A stretch of DNA of 64,000 nucleotides, taken from NCBI GenBank assembly GCA_039621445.1, contig CP154954.1:40479572-40543571 (forward strand). The letters are read 5' to 3'. The notes under the pieces were generated by a model. It saw only the letters and a list, made by a program, of their open reading frames with translations, was not told the origin of the DNA and did not search any database. This DNA comes from Euglena gracilis (Eukaryota). Each line of letters begins with the position of its first letter. The stretch's first letter is position 1. Made by a program: the position numbers and the translations under genes. Positions 33,899 through 47,695 of the stretch are shown piece after piece.

Positions 33899-36800
33899 GG
33901 GACACTGAAGACGCTGCGGCCGGCGGCGGCGGCGGTCTGAGCGGCGGGTGCGGGTGCGGGTGCGGGCAGCGCCCCCAGTCCCCAGCTGCTCCCCAGCCCC
34001 CGCAACGCCAACGACCATTGGCCGGCCTCTCCGTCAGGTATCCTGTGCATTGAACGCAAGGCCGCCTGGCATTGCCCCACCACAGGGAGCAGGCTTCTGC
34101 TCAAGGGTTCGCAGCCCCCCCCCACAGCAGTACGGGAATCCCCAAACCCCATAGACAGTGGGGGATCGACCCCCCCCTCCCCCAATCCTGGTGGGTGCAG
34201 GGCAGCACTTCCAGCAACAAATCCCAACAAATCCCGACACATCCCGACAAATTGCGACAGGAGAGCAAAAGTTTTTGGAAGAACTAAAGAGAGGGTCGAA
34301 ATTGCCGAAAAGGAACGTTATGACTGGTTGTTAATGATGCGTCTTTTTCCCCCCTGCTGGTGGCCCCCTGATTACCTTGATGGGGAACCCAGCTGACCTG
34401 GTCCCCGGGGGCTGGTCGCATTTTTTTTTGGCACCCCCCCCATTTTTTTGGCTTTGATGCAATCTGGCTGTAAAAATCACGCCCCCCCCATCCCTACCAG
34501 ACAGACCTTTTTCCGGCATTTTTTGAAGAAAAAGCCGTGCAAGCCACATTTTTTCCTGCTCTTGCCCCCCCCCCCCAAGCCCAATGAACGCCCTTGCCCA
34601 ATGAACAGGGGTGTTCGGACCGTCTAGATTGTCACCAGAAACTTTACCTACCCCCCCCCCCCCGGGAAACTGTCATGCCCGAGAACCTGTCAGGGTCCCG
34701 CCCGGGAAACTGTCAGGGTCCCTGGTACTAGCCAACCTGTCAGTATAGGAAGTTGTCAGGGTCTTCGGTACTGGCCAACCTGTCAGGTGACAGTTTCCCA
34801 GGGGGGGGGTAGGTATCACACAGAAAGCACATTTCATGCCCAATGAACGCCCCCCGTTCGGACCGTCTGGATTGTCACCTTAGTGTTCATTGGGGGGGGG
34901 AGGTATGTGTTTTGTTAGAGAGTCCAAAACGTGCACCATGTTGCATTTCAAATACTGCTGCAAAGTGGGAAAAAAAAGTCCCCGGAGGTGGCCAACAGTT
35001 TTCTGTCTTCTCCAGCAAAAAAGTGTGCAGTCTGGGGTGTTTACATGCTGTTCACGTTTTTTTGCAATTATTTTTGCACCTTGGTGCATGCCCCCCCCCC
35101 TGGTGTGTGGTCGTTCTGGAATGGAGGACTCTTATTTGTTCCCCCCCTGTGGTTGTGTAGTTCTTCCCCTCCATTTTATTTGTTTATCCATCTTTTCAGG
35201 TCGGCCTCTCACGATGCGGGCGGCCACAGCACTCTCCCCAGTGAATGGACCCTCAAACAGCGTGCGCGACGCAAAAACACAAATAAATGCAAACAGGGCA
35301 AAAAAAAACACGAACTGCTTGCAAAATCCTTCAGGAGCTCCCCCGGGATGTACATTTTCCCATTGCCGGGAATTTTTTTCCATTTTGCATAAAATCCCCC
35401 CCCCCCCGAATGTGGTCCAGAACCATTTTCTTTTTGAATCCTTCACCTGGCTTTTTGTGCCATCCCCAACTGTTTTCGTGCACACACGGATGCACATACA
35501 TCTGAGAATATTTGCCCTGTGACAGAATTGCGATTGGATTGCAGTTGTGCTGTTTACGTCCCAGTTTTTGCTTTCCTGGTTAGTGGTGGGGAGCAGGGGG
35601 TGCTGAAGCGGCGGGGCAGTGGCAGCAACCCGTCCCCCTCCCGGCCGTGGTCCCCTCCCTCCCCCCGTCCACTTCCAGGTGTGGGTGACTGCATTGCACA
35701 GAAGCTGGGCGGTGCGCAGATGGGTCTTTGGGTCCCCAGCTGGCAGGGTGACAGGGGGGTAATTTGCTGACTTTTCAATTGGTATATGGTTACAGGTTTT
35801 CGGCATTGCAGTGCAAATTTGTGAATATTTGCGAATATGCATGCTCATTTTGTGGCAAAGATGAATAATACGTGCATTATTGTCTTGCTTTCGGGCTTTG
35901 TTGCCATTTGTTGAGGTTTGACGCCAGTTAGATTTATTCCTCAAAAAATCAAAACAATAGCATTTGAAAATGCCACTCCCGCTCCGGGGGGTTCTGATCT
36001 GAAATGACATGTGGCCAGCTGGTTCTGAAGGGTTTTCCGTTTTCGAACCGCCATGGTGGGCACCTCCTGCATGGATTCTGCTGCTGTTCCTGTTCCAGAG
36101 TTCTTGTCCCCCTTTTTTCAGACTGCACGACGGTCGGCAACCCCCAGCCCAAGCTGGCGATCCCTCCACAAAAATTTATGCATGGATGGTAAATTATTAA
36201 TTAGGTTGTGTTGCACATCTCTCAGTGCCGGGTTTCAGTGGTGAAGAATACCGCAGAGAATGGGTTGAATTGCCAAACCGGGTGCCAGGGATCCAGTTTG
36301 GCTGGGTTTTTTTTTGCATGGCTTTCATGTGGGATTGGCATGAAGATGTGACAAGCAAGTTTTTGACACTGCGAAATCCGGCCAGAAGAAAATTTGGCGG
36401 CTTCCTCCAAAATAATGGTATTTTGCTAACATGTTTGGAGGAAAATTTTCCTTCTGCATTTTCTTTGAAGTTTTTTAAAGCACCTCCCCCACCACCAGTA
36501 CTCCCTTTCAGCACCATCTGCATGCAGTAAAGGTGACAGTTTTGCAAAGCTGAAGCTTGCAATTCTTACTTTTCACTTTTCCTCAAAATTTGGGCACTGG
36601 CGTTCCAGCATTGATAGTTTTTTTTTGCAACTTTTGCCAGGGTGCCAATGGGCCCACATACTGCCACCACCAGACGAATGGTGTCCCGGCCGGGTGACTG
36701 GAATGTTTAGTTGTAGTTCCAAGCAGGTGGGAAGTCCGGCGCGGTCGAAGCAAGCAAATGGCAGCCGGCGCAGACGCATGGCGCGGACGAAGCAAGCAAA

Positions 36801-39538
36801 TGGCCGACGCAGACGCATGGCGCGGCCGAAGCAAGCAAATGGCCGACGCAGACGCATGGCGCGGCAGAAGCAAGCAAATGACCGCTGGTGCGGTAGAACC
36901 AAGCAAATGGCCGCTGGCGTGGTCGAAGCGAGCGAATGGCCGTTGGCGCGGTCGAAGCAAACAAATGGCAGCCGGCACAGCAGAAGCAAGCAAATGACCG
37001 CTGGTCTGGCAGAAGCAAGCAAATGACCGCTGGTGCGGCCGAAGCCAGCAAATGGCCGCTGGTGCGGCCGAAGCCAGCAAATGGCCGCTGGTGCGGCAAA
37101 TGGCCGCTGGTGCGGTCGAAGCAAGCAAATGGCCGCTGGTGCGGCAGAAGCAAGCAAATGGCCGCTGGTGCGGCAGAAGCAAGCAAATGGCCGCTGGTGC
37201 GGTCGAAGCAAGCAAATGGCCGCTGGTGCGGCAGAAGCAAGCAAATGGCCGCTGGTGCGGTCAAAGCAAGCAAATGGCCGGCGCAGACACATGGCGCGGT
37301 CGAAGCAAACAAATTGCAGCCGGCGCGGCAGAAGCAAGCAAATGACCGCTGGTGCGGTCGAAGCAAGCAAATGGCCGCTGGTGCGGTCAAAGCAAGCAAA
37401 TGGCCGGCGCAGACACATGGCGCGGCCGAAGCAAACAAATTGCAGCCGGCGCGGCAGAAGCAAGCAAATGACCGCTGGTACGGTCGAAGCAAGCAAATGG
37501 CCACTGGTGCGGTCGAAGCCAGCAAATGACCGCTGGTGCGGTCGAAGCAAGCAAATGGCCGCTGGTGCGGCAAATGGCCGCCAGTGTGGTCGAAGCAAGC
37601 AAATGGCCGCTGGTGCGGCAGAAGCAAGAAGCAAGCAAATGGCCGCTGGTGCGGCAGAAGCAAGCAAATGGCCGCTGGTGCGGTCAAAGCAAGCAAATGG
37701 CCGGCGCAGACACATGGCGCGGTCGAAGCAAACAAATTGCAGCCGGCGCGGCAGAAGCAAGCAAATGGCCGCTGGTGCGATCGAAGCAAGCAAAGGACCG
37801 CTGGTGCGGTCGAAGCAAGCAAATGGCTGCTGGTGCGGTCGAAGCAAGCAAATGGCCGCAGGCGTGGCAGAAGCAAGCAAATGGCCGCTGGTGCGGTCGA
37901 AGCAAACAAATGGCCGGCGCAGACACATGGCACGGTCGAAGCAAATTGCAGCCGGCGCGGCAGAAGCAAGCAAATGGCCGCTGGTGCGGTCGAAGCAAGC
38001 AAATGACCGCTGGTGCGGCAGAAGCAAGCAAATGGCTGCTGGTGCGGTCGAAGCAAGCAAATGGCCGCAGGCGTGGCAGAAGCAAGCAAATGGCCGCTGG
38101 TGCGGTCGAAGCAAACAAATGGCTGCTGGTGCGGTCGAAGCAAACAAATGGCCGCTGGTGCGGCAGAAGCAAGCAAATGATCGCTGGTACGGTCGAACCA
38201 AGCAAATGGCCACAGGCGTGGCAGAAGCAAGCAAATGGCCGCTGGTACGGTCGAAGCAAGCAAATGGCCGCTGGTGCGGTCGAAGCAAGCAAATGGCCGC
38301 TGGTGCGGCAGAAGCAAGCAAATGGCTGCTGGTGCGGTCGAACCAAGCAAATGGCCGCAGGCGTGGCAGAAGCAAGCAAATGGCCGCTGGTACGGTCGAA
38401 GCAAGCAAATGGCCGCTGGTGCGGCAGAAGCAAGCAAATGACCGCTGGTGCGGCAGAAGCAAGCAAACGATCGCTGGTACGGTCGAACCAAGCAAATGGC
38501 CGCTGTCGCAGCCGAAGCAAGCAAATGGCCATTGGCGCGGTCGAAGCAAACAAATGGCAGCCAGCGCAGTCGAAGCCAAGCAAATGGCCACCGGCGCGGT
38601 CGAAGTGAGCAAATGGCCGACGGCACGGCCGAAGCAAGCAAATGGTCAGTGTCCGCTGGTGCGGCCTAAGCAAGCAAATGGCCGTTGGCGAAACAAATGG
38701 CGGCCGGCGCGGTCGAAGCCAAGCAAATGGCCAGCGCAGGCGAAGCAAGCAAATGACCGCTGGTGCGGCAGAAGCAAGCAAATGACCGCTGGTGCGGCAA
38801 ATGGCCTCTGGCGCGGTTGAACCGAACAGATGACCGCTGGTGCGGCAGAAGCATGCAAATGGCCGCCGGCGGGGTCAAAGCAAGCAAATGGCCGCCGGCG
38901 TGGTCGAAGCGAGCAAATGACTGTTGGCGTGGTCGAAACAAGCAAACGGTCGCCAGCGCGGCCAAAGCAAAGCAAATGGCTGCAAACGAAGGAAGCAAAT
39001 GGCTGGCAGCTGAAGGCTAGTGTTGAGAGATGGCCTCAGGTGGGCAGCAGCCACTCGACCAAAGCAAATGCCCTCCTCGGCACCTTTGAACGGGCACTGT
39101 AGAGATTTAAGGCAGGTTATAAGTGCCTGGCCAGCAGTTTCATTGTGCGAAGTTGACCCATCCTGATAACCCTGCTGATGTTTGGTGGTGGTCAGTGTTG
39201 GGCCAGAATTGGTGGCACCCACCAATCGGGGGGTGGTTTGTGCGTTTCCCGCTTTTGTGGCTTTCGGAGCAACCGATTCCCCCCCCCTGCAGGTTAGGCA
39301 GGTTTCTCGGACAGCATTTTCTCCGTTTTTTGTTGCTTTTTTTGTGTCCGGTTCCGTGGGGCATCCATTGGGGGTCACCAGGCAGCAGCGGCCCCACTGA
39401 AGAAGCGGGCCCCGGACCCCTCGGGCCCGCCGCGCACTGGGACGTCGCTGGCCTGCAGCGCAGCGCAGCGAGCGGGCGAAGGAGCCGGCCGTGCTGCGGT
39501 GCCCATGGTGTTGCCCCCGGACGCCTGAAGACCTGAAG
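33899..39538 (+). CDS. Chain of candidate small exons (33899-34037, 35200-35261, 35584/35597-35678, 39382-39538); frame ambiguous
   Basis: GC-rich unique islands bounded by YAG and GTATCC/GTGCGC/GTGTGG donors. More than one phase-compatible joining exists. Confidence 0.33.
34647..34813. mobile_element. TA-flanked MITE nested in a CCCAATGAAC-repeat element
   Basis: TA|CCTACCCCC..GGGAAACTGTCA ... TGACAGTTTCCCAGGGGGGGGGTAGG|TA, with internal CTGTCAG repeats. Confidence 0.72.
36735..39005. repeat. 29-bp minisatellite (GAAGCAAGCAAATGGCCGCTGGTGCGGTC/GGCA) with longer variant units
   Basis: Roughly 70-75 tandem units with recurring variants and decayed edges. Confidence 0.97.
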
Positions 39539-40117
39539 GTGTGGCGCTGCCCCGGAAGTTGATGGAGTCCTTGCATGCTTCCAACCCCAGGCCACCCCCC
39601 CCCCCCCAGCAGACCTTCCCGTGTTACCAGGGTGCCGATTTTCAGGACAAAACTTTCCTTTGGTGAACGGTGGTTTTGTGGGGGGGGGGGAGGCGGGGTC
39701 CAGGACCCCCGGAAACCCCCCAAAAACTCGCGCCAGAAAACACAAAAAAGCGCGCAAAGATGCGGTTTTTGGGTTTTGCCAGGCCCAGAACACATTTCCT
39801 GCGCAAAGCGCCAGAACTTTTTTTTTTGCAAATTCGACCCAACCCCCATCCCCCCTCCAGGGGTGGGGGGGGGTGTCCGAGCCACTCCTCATTTATTACC
39901 CCGGTCGGGTTGACCTCGGGTGGGGTCAACCACCCCCACCAGACCTGTGGAAGACGATGGAAAGTTATTTGATTTTGGGTCTTTTGCACGGGTGGAGGGG
40001 ACTGGTGGAAGTGGACCGCCCCATGCTGTATTTTCCGTAGGACTCCTCCCCCCTCTGCCTTCAGGTCCAAAATTTTTCCCGTATCTTGGGTTCGGCAAAT
40101 TTTGCAACCGAAAATGT

Positions 40118-40362
40118 GGTGTTCCCTGTGACCCAAACCATGCCCTATGCATGTGACGCACCTTCCGCACCTTCTCCAGATTCATTGCAAGAAATGATCA
40201 TTTATTGAGATTGAGCAATCACCATTCTTTGGATGGAACCTGATGTCGAAACAATTGAATATTTGGACAAAGACGAAGACGAAGATTTGGATGATGATTG
40301 TTATGAAGGTAATGTCTCTCACGAGGTCAAGAATGACATGAAGGTCATGAATGTTGAGTGCT
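40118..40362 (+). pseudogene. Degenerate acidic coding relic (MEPDVETIEYLDKDEDEDLDDDCYEGNVSHEV), further copies near 41031 and 42563
   Basis: Copies differ at several synonymous positions. Copies 2 and 3 are frameshifted and stopped. Confidence 0.45.
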
Positions 40363-40445
40363 TTTAAACCGGCGTTTGGGCCGCCGGGTTCACGACAGAA
40401 CCGGCGTCCCCCCCACTGGTTTTCGGACGCCGGTTCTGTCCATAG

Positions 40446-40750
40446 CAGGCTGTATTTTGGTCGGGTGCCGACCCCACCCCGGGGGGGGGGTGCCTGCCTG
40501 GGCAGGTACCCCAAGGCACTCCAAATCCGTCCCCCGGGGGGGGGGGGTAGGGCACACGGCCAAAAGTGCCCTAGCACAACCCCGGCGCCGAAGGCGCCGG
40601 GGAGCCAAAAAATGGCCTATTTTCAAAGGAATGTGCCCGGGCACAGGCCGAAATCTGACCCCCCCGGGGGGGGGGTAGTGCCTGCCTGGACAGGCACTCA
40701 CAGGCAGTCCGGACCCCCCTCCCCCCCGGGGTTGGTAAAAAAACAGCCTG
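40446..40750. mobile_element. hAT-like MITE, CAGGCTGT family
   Basis: GTCCATAG|CAGGCTGTATTTT ... AAAAAAACAGCCTG|GTCCGTAA (6 of 8). Internal GTGCCTGCC repeats and a CGGCGCCGAAGGCGCCG palindrome. Confidence 0.78.
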
Positions 40751-43140
40751 GTCCGTAACCCGGCGTCGCTGACGCCGGTTCTGTCATCACAAAAAGCATT
40801 GTTAAAAATGTCCCAAAATGGCCGAAATAGGTCATAGAGGTCCTGATTTGACTGTTTTAGCCATGTGTTGCATTGTAATTTGCAATTTGGGGACCACTGG
40901 GGTGGGTCTGCGGGTGTTCCCTGTGACCCAAACCATGCCCTATGCATGTGACGCACCTTCCGCACCTTCTGCAGATTCATTGCAAGAAATGATGATTTCT
41001 TGAGATTGAGCAATTACCATTCTTTGGATGATGGAACCTGATGTTGAAACCATTGAATACTTGGAAGACGACAACGAAGATTTGGACGACAATTTATGAA
41101 GGTGATGTCTCTCACGAAGTTGAGGATGACAATATTGAGTGCTTTTTGAGTCAGCAAGGTTTGTCGAAATTTGAAAGCAGCCAGCCAATTCTGTTTCTGA
41201 CGTGTTTTTTGACCCCATGTATCACCAAAGCAGCAAAATTTTGGAAATTTTGAGGTGTTAATTGCTCGGGGTGGGGGCCCGATTGCCTCAATGCCAAAAA
41301 ATGGGGGGTGCCAAAAAGTGCGACCAGCCCCCGGGACCAGGCCAGCTGGGCAGCCACCTCCCAAAACCCATATATACCAGGGATTTTTTTAAGTTTGGAC
41401 CCCCGGGGGGGGGGGGGGGGGGGGTGGGTCCGCCGGACTCCCCCCCCCCCCCCCCCGGGGATCCCCCCGGGGGGGGGTGGGATATACTTGTCGGCGCCGC
41501 AGGCGCCGAAAAATGCTATTTTTAGCACTTTTCGCGATTGTTCGGCCATTTTTTGTGGGTCCCCCGGACCCTCCTCCCCCCCGGGGGGGGCCCCAGGGGG
41601 TGGGTGGGTGGGGGGGGGACCCCCCCGGTCTTAAAAAAAACCCCTGATATATACCCATACATATACATACATAAACATACACGAACACATATACCCTAAA
41701 CCCAAAACAAAAAAAAATATATCCCACCCTGGGGGGTCCTCCTGGAGGGGTGCTCCCGGAGGGGGGTGGGATATATTTTTTGGCGCGGAAAAATTGCTAT
41801 TTTTAGCATTTTTTTCACGATTTTTGGCCATTTTTTTTGTGGGTCCCCTGGGACCGCTGGGGGGGGGGGTAGGGGGTGGGTGGGTGGGGGGGATCCCCCC
41901 TCCCCCCTTAAAAAAAAACCCCTGTCAATGCCCCCAAATAGCAAAATTTTGGAATTTTTTTTGGTATAAATTGGTTGGTTGGGGGGGGGGTGATTTTTGA
42001 GGGCCAGATTGCCTCAATGCCAAAAAATGGGCGGTGCCAAAGAGTGCGTCCAGCCCCCGGGACCAGGCCAGCTGGGTTCCCCACCCCCAAAACCCCGTTG
42101 TCACCAGAACGGCTGGTGGTCAACACCCCCAAATGCTGGGTTCCCCACCCCCCAAAACCCCGTAATCACTAGAACGGCTGATGGTCAACATCACCCAAAC
42201 AGCAAAATTTTGGCTGCATTTTTGGTATAAATTGGTTGGTTGGTTGGTTGGGGAGGGGTGATTTTTGGGGATTGCCTCAATGTCCGTAACCCGGCGTCGC
42301 TGACGCCGGTTCTGTCATCACAAAAAGCATTGTTAAAAATGTCCCAAAATGGCCGAAATAGGTCATAGAGGTCCTGATTTGACTGTTTTAGCCATGTGTT
42401 GCATTGTAATTTGCAATTTGGGGACCACTCGGGTTGGGTCTGCGGGTGCTCCCTGTGACCCAAACCATGCCCTATGCATGTGACGCACCTTCCGCACCTT
42501 CTGCAGATTCATTGCAAGAAATGATGATTTCTTGAGATTGAGCAATTACCATTCTTTGGATGATGGAACCTGATGTTGAAACCATTGAATACTTGGAAGA
42601 CGACAACGAAGATTTGGACGACAATTTATGAAGGTGATGTCTCTCACGAAGTTGAGGATGACAATATTGAGTGCTTTTTGAGTCAGCAAGGTTTGAAAAC
42701 AACCAGACAATTCTGTTTCTGACGTGTTTTTTTGACTCCATGTATCAACAAAATTTTGGAAATTTTGAGGTGTTAATTGCTCGGGGTGGGGGCCCGATTG
42801 CCTCAATGCCAAAAAATGGGGGGTGCCAAAAAGTGCGACCAGCCCCCGGGACCAGGCCAGCTGGGCAGCCACCTCCCAAAACCCATATATACCCATACAT
42901 ATACATACATAAACATACACGAACACATATACCCTAAACCCAAAACAAAAAAAAATATATCCCACCCTGGGGGGTCCTCCTGGAGGGGGGCGGGATATAC
43001 TTTTTGGTGCGGGAAAGTTGCTTTTTTTAGCTTTTTGCGGGATTTTTGTCCATTTTTTTGGGGGTCCCCGGGGCCCCCCCCGGGGGGGGCCCCCGGGGGG
43101 GGGGTGGGGGGGGGGATCCCCCCTGTCAATGCCCCCAAAT
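40751..43140. repeat. Local segmental duplication (~0.85 kb): 40751-~41940 vs 42282-~43140
   Basis: Near-identical from GTCCGTAACCCGGCGTCGCTGACG to CCCTGTCAATGCCCCCAAATAGC. Copy 1 has an extra MITE. Confidence 0.93.
41378..41646. mobile_element. hAT-like MITE with perfect TSD ATATATAC; empty site present at 42885-42892
   Basis: ATATATAC|CAGGGATTTTTTTAAG ... CTTAAAAAAAACCCCTG|ATATATAC versus a single ATATATAC in the paralogous copy. Confidence 0.95.
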
Positions 43141-46100
43141 AGCAAAATTTTGGTAGTTTTTTTTTGGTATAAATTGGTCGGTTGGTTGGGGGGGGGGGTG
43201 ATTTTTGGGGCCAGATTACCTCAATGCCAAAAAATGGGGGGAGCCAAAGAGTGCGCCCAGCCCCCGGGACCAGGCCAGCTGGGTTCCCCACCCCCCCAAA
43301 CCCCCGTTATCACCAGAACGGCTGATGGTCAACACCCCCAAATAGCAAAATTCTGGCAGTTTTTGGTGTTAATTGGTCGGTTGGTTGATTCGGGGGGGGG
43401 GGGGGATTTTTGGGGCCAGATGGCCTCAATGCCAAAAAATGAGGGTAGCCAAAGAGTGCGCCCAGCCCCCGGGACCAGGCCAGCTGGGTTCCCCACCCCC
43501 CAAAGCCCCGTTATCACCAGAACGGCTGATGGTCAACACCCCCAAAAAGCAAAATTTTGGCAGTTTTTGGTGTTAATTGGTCGGTTGGTTGATTCGAGGG
43601 AGGGGGTGGTTTTTGGGGCCAGATGGCCTCAATGCCAAAAAATGAGGGGAGCCAAAGAGTGCGCCCAGCCCCCGGGACCAGGCCAGCTGGGTTCCCCACC
43701 CCCCAAAACCCCGTTATCACCAGGACGGCTGATGGTCAGCATCTCCCAAATAGCACAATTTTGACAATTATTTGGTATAAATTGGTCGGTTGGTTGGTTG
43801 GGGGGGGGGGGTGATTTTCGGGGCCGGATTGCCTCAAAGCCAAAAAATGGGGGTGCCAAAGAGTGCGTTATCGCGCGACACCTGATTTTGGTTATCGCCA
43901 CGGACACCTTATTTTGTAGTACTAGGGGTTATTGAAGGACCCACCCCCCCACCGCACACCCCCCCCCCCCCCCCCCCCCCACCCCCCCCCCCCCCCCCCC
44001 CCCCCACCCCCCCCCCCCCCAAAAAAAAAAAACCCCCCACCCCCCCCCCCCCCCCCCGCCCCCCCCCCCCCCCCCCCCCCCCCCTCACCAGGCTTTTTCG
44101 CCCCCACCCCAATTCCCCCAAACCCAAAAAAAAAAAAAAAATTGTTTCACCGAAGGCTTGATGGTCAACACCCCAAGAAAATGGCAATTTTTTTTGGTAT
44201 AACCAAAGGGGTGTTGTTTGGGGGGGGGTGATTTTCGGGTGCCAGATAACAGCCAAAAAATGGGCGGTGCCAAAGAGTGCGTCCAGCCCCCGGGACCAGG
44301 CCAGCTGGGTTCCCCACCCCCCAAAACCCCGTTATCACCAGAACGGCTGATGGTCAACACCCCCAAATGGCAATTTTTTGTCAATTTTTGGGTATAAATT
44401 GGTTGGTTGGTTGGTTGGTTGGTTGGGGGGGTGATTTTCGGGGCCAGATTGCCTCAATGCCAAAAAATGGGCGGTGCCAAAGAGTGCGTCCAGCCCCCGG
44501 GACCAGGCCAGCTGGGTTCCCCACCCCCCAAAACCCCGTTATCACCAGAACGCTTGATGGTCAACACCCCCAAATAGCAAAATTTTTGGCAATTTTTTTG
44601 GTATAAATTGGTTGGTTGGTTGGGGGGGGGGGGTGATTTTCGGGGCCAGATTGCCTCAATGCCAAAAAATGGGCGGTGCCAAAGAGTGCGTCCAGCCCCC
44701 GGGACCAGGCCAGCTGGGTTCCCCACCCCCCAAAACCCCGTTATCACCAGAACGCTTGATGGTCAACACCCCCAAATAGCAAAATTTTTGGCAATTTTTT
44801 TGGTATAAATTGGTCGGTTGGTTGGTTGGGGGGGGGGGGTGATTTTCGGGGCCAGATTGCCTCAATGCCAAAAAATGGGCGGTGCCAAAGAGTGCGTCCA
44901 GCCCCCGGGACCAGGCCAGCTGGGTTCCCCACCCCCCAAAACCCCGTTATCACCAGAACGGCTGATGGTCAACACCCCCAAATAGCAAAATTTTTGGCAA
45001 TTTTTTTGGTATAAATTGGTCGGTTGGTTGGGGGCGGGGGGTGATTTTCGGGGCCAGATTGCCTCAATGCCAAAAAATGGGCGGTGCCAAAGAGTGCGTC
45101 CAGCCCCCGGGACCAGGCCAGCTGGGTTCCCCACCCCCCAAAACCCCGTTATCACCAGAACGCTTGATGGTCAACACCCCCAAATAGCAAAATTCTGGCC
45201 ATTTTTTTTGGTATAAATTGGTCGGTTGGTTGGGGGGGGCTGATTTTTGGGGCCAGATGGCCTCAATGCCAAAAAATGGGGGGAGCCAAAGAGTGCGCCC
45301 AGCCCCCGGGACCAGGCCAGCTGGGTTCCCCACCCCCCAAAACCCCGTTGTCACCAGAACGGCTTATGGTCAGCATCCCCCAAATAGCAAAATTTTGGCA
45401 ATTTTTTTTGGTATAAATTGGTCGGTTGGTTGGGGGGGGGGGTGGTTTTTGGGGCCAGATGGCCTCAATGCCAAAAAATGAGGGGAGCCAAGAGTGCGCC
45501 CAGCCCCCGGGACCAGGCCAGCTGGGTTCCCCACCCCCCAAAACCCCGTTATCACCAGAACGGCTGATGGTCAACACCCCCAAATAGCAAAATTCTGGCA
45601 ATTTTTTTGGTATAAATTGGTCGGTTGGTTGGGGGGGGGGGCTGATTTTTGGGGCCAGATGGCCTCAATGCCAAAAAATGGGGGGAGCCAAAGAGTGCGC
45701 CCAGCCCCCGGGACCAGGCCAGCTGGGTTCCCCGCCCCCCAAAACCCCGTTATCACCAGAACGGCTGATGGTCAACACCCCCAAATAGCAAAATTCTGGC
45801 AATTTTTGGTATAAATTGGTCGGTTGGTTGGGGGGGGGGGTGATTTTTGGGCATTGCCTCAATGCCAAAAAATGAGGGGAGCCAAAGAGTGCGCCCAGCC
45901 CCCGGGGCCAGCTGGGTTCCCCACCCCCCAAAACCCCGTTATCACCAGAACGGCTGATGGTCAACACCCCCAAATAGCAAAATTCTGGCAGTTTTTGGTA
46001 TAAATTGGTCGGTTGGTTGAGGGGGGGTGATTTTTGGGGATTGCCTCAATGCCAAAAAATGGGGGGAGCCAAAGAGCGCGCCCAGCCCCCGGGACCAGGC

Positions 46101-47695
46101 CAGCTGGGTTCCCCACCCCCCAAAACCCCGTTATCACCAGAACGGCTGATGTCAACACCCCCAAATAGCAAAATTCTGGCAATTTTTGGTATAAATTGGT
46201 CGGTTGGTTGGGGGGGGGGGATTTTCGGGGCCAGATTGCCTCAATGCCAAAAAATGGGGGGAGCCAAAGAGTGCGCCCAGCCCCCGGGACCAGGCCAGCT
46301 GGGTTCCCCACCCCCCAAAACCCCGTTATCACCAGAACGGCTGATGGTCAACACCCCCAAATAGCAAAATTCTGGCTTTTTTTTTGGTATAAATTGGTCG
46401 GTTGGTTGAGGGGGGGTGATTTTTGGGGATTGCCTCAATGCCAAAAAATGGGGGGAGCCAAAGAGTGCGCCCAGCCCCCGGGACCAGGCCAGCTGGGTTC
46501 CCTACCCCCCAAAACCCCGTTATCACCAGAACGGCTGATGTCAACACCCCCAAATAGCAAAATTCTGGCTTTTTTTGGGTATAAATTGGTCGGTTGGTTT
46601 GGGGGGGAGGGATTTTCGGGGCCAGATTGCCTCAATGCCAAAAAATGGGGGGAGCCAAAGAGTGCGCCCAGCCCCCGGGACCAGGCCAGCTGGGTTCCCC
46701 ACCCCCAAAAACCCGTTATCACCAGAACGGCTGATGGTCAACACCCCCAAATAGCAAAATTCTGGCTTTTTTTTTGGTATAAATTGGTCGGTTGGTTGGG
46801 GGGGGGGGATTTTCGGGGCCAGATTGCCTCAATGCCAAAAAATGGGCGGTGCCAAAGAGTGCGCCCAGCCCCCGGGACCAGGCCAGCTGGGTTCCCCACC
46901 CCCCAAACCCCCGTTATCACCAGAACGGCTTATGGTCAACACCCCCAAATAGCAAAATTCTGGCTTTTTTTTGGTATAAATTGGTCGGTTGGTTGAGGGG
47001 GGGTGATTTTTGGGGATTGCCTCAATGCCAAAAAATGGGGGGAGCCAAAGAGCGCGCCCAGCCCCCGGGACCAGGCCAGCTGGGTTCCCTACCCCCCAAA
47101 ACCCCGTTATCACCAGAACGGCTGATGTCAACACCCCCAAATAGCAAAATTCTGGCTTTTTTTGGGTATAAATTGGTCGGTTGGTTGGGGGGGGAGGGAT
47201 TTTCGGGGCCAGATTGCCTCAATGCCAAAAAATGGGGGGAGCCAAAGAGTGCGCCCAGCCCCCGGGGCCAGGCCAGCTGGGTTCCCCACCCCCCAAAACC
47301 CCGTTATCACCAGAACGGCTGATGTCAACACCCCCAAATAGCAAAATTCTGGCTTTTTTTTGGTATAAATTGGTCGGTTGGTTGGGGGGGGGTGATTTTT
47401 GGGGATTGCCTCAATGCCAAAAAATGGGGGGAGCCAAAGAGCGCGCCCAGCCCCCGGGACCAGGCCAGCTGGGTTCCCTACCCCCCAAAACCCCGTTATC
47501 ACCAGAACGGCTGATGTCAACACCCCCAAATAGCAAAATTCTGGCTTTTTTTGGGTATAAATTGGTCGGTTGGTTTGGGGGGGAGGGATTTTCGGGGCCA
47601 GATTGCCTCAATGCCAAAAAATGGGGGGAGCCAAAGAGTGCGCCCAGCCCCCGGGGCCAGGCCAGCTGGGTTCCCCACCCCCCAAAACCCCGTTA

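Noticed and set aside
36573-38820. 595-679 aa ORFs on both strands
   Set aside because: These are translations of a 29-bp minisatellite whose unit is not a multiple of 3, so peptides cycle through frames.
43940-44145. Poly-C/poly-A tract giving poly-Pro and poly-Gly ORFs
   Set aside because: Low-complexity and probably low-quality sequence.
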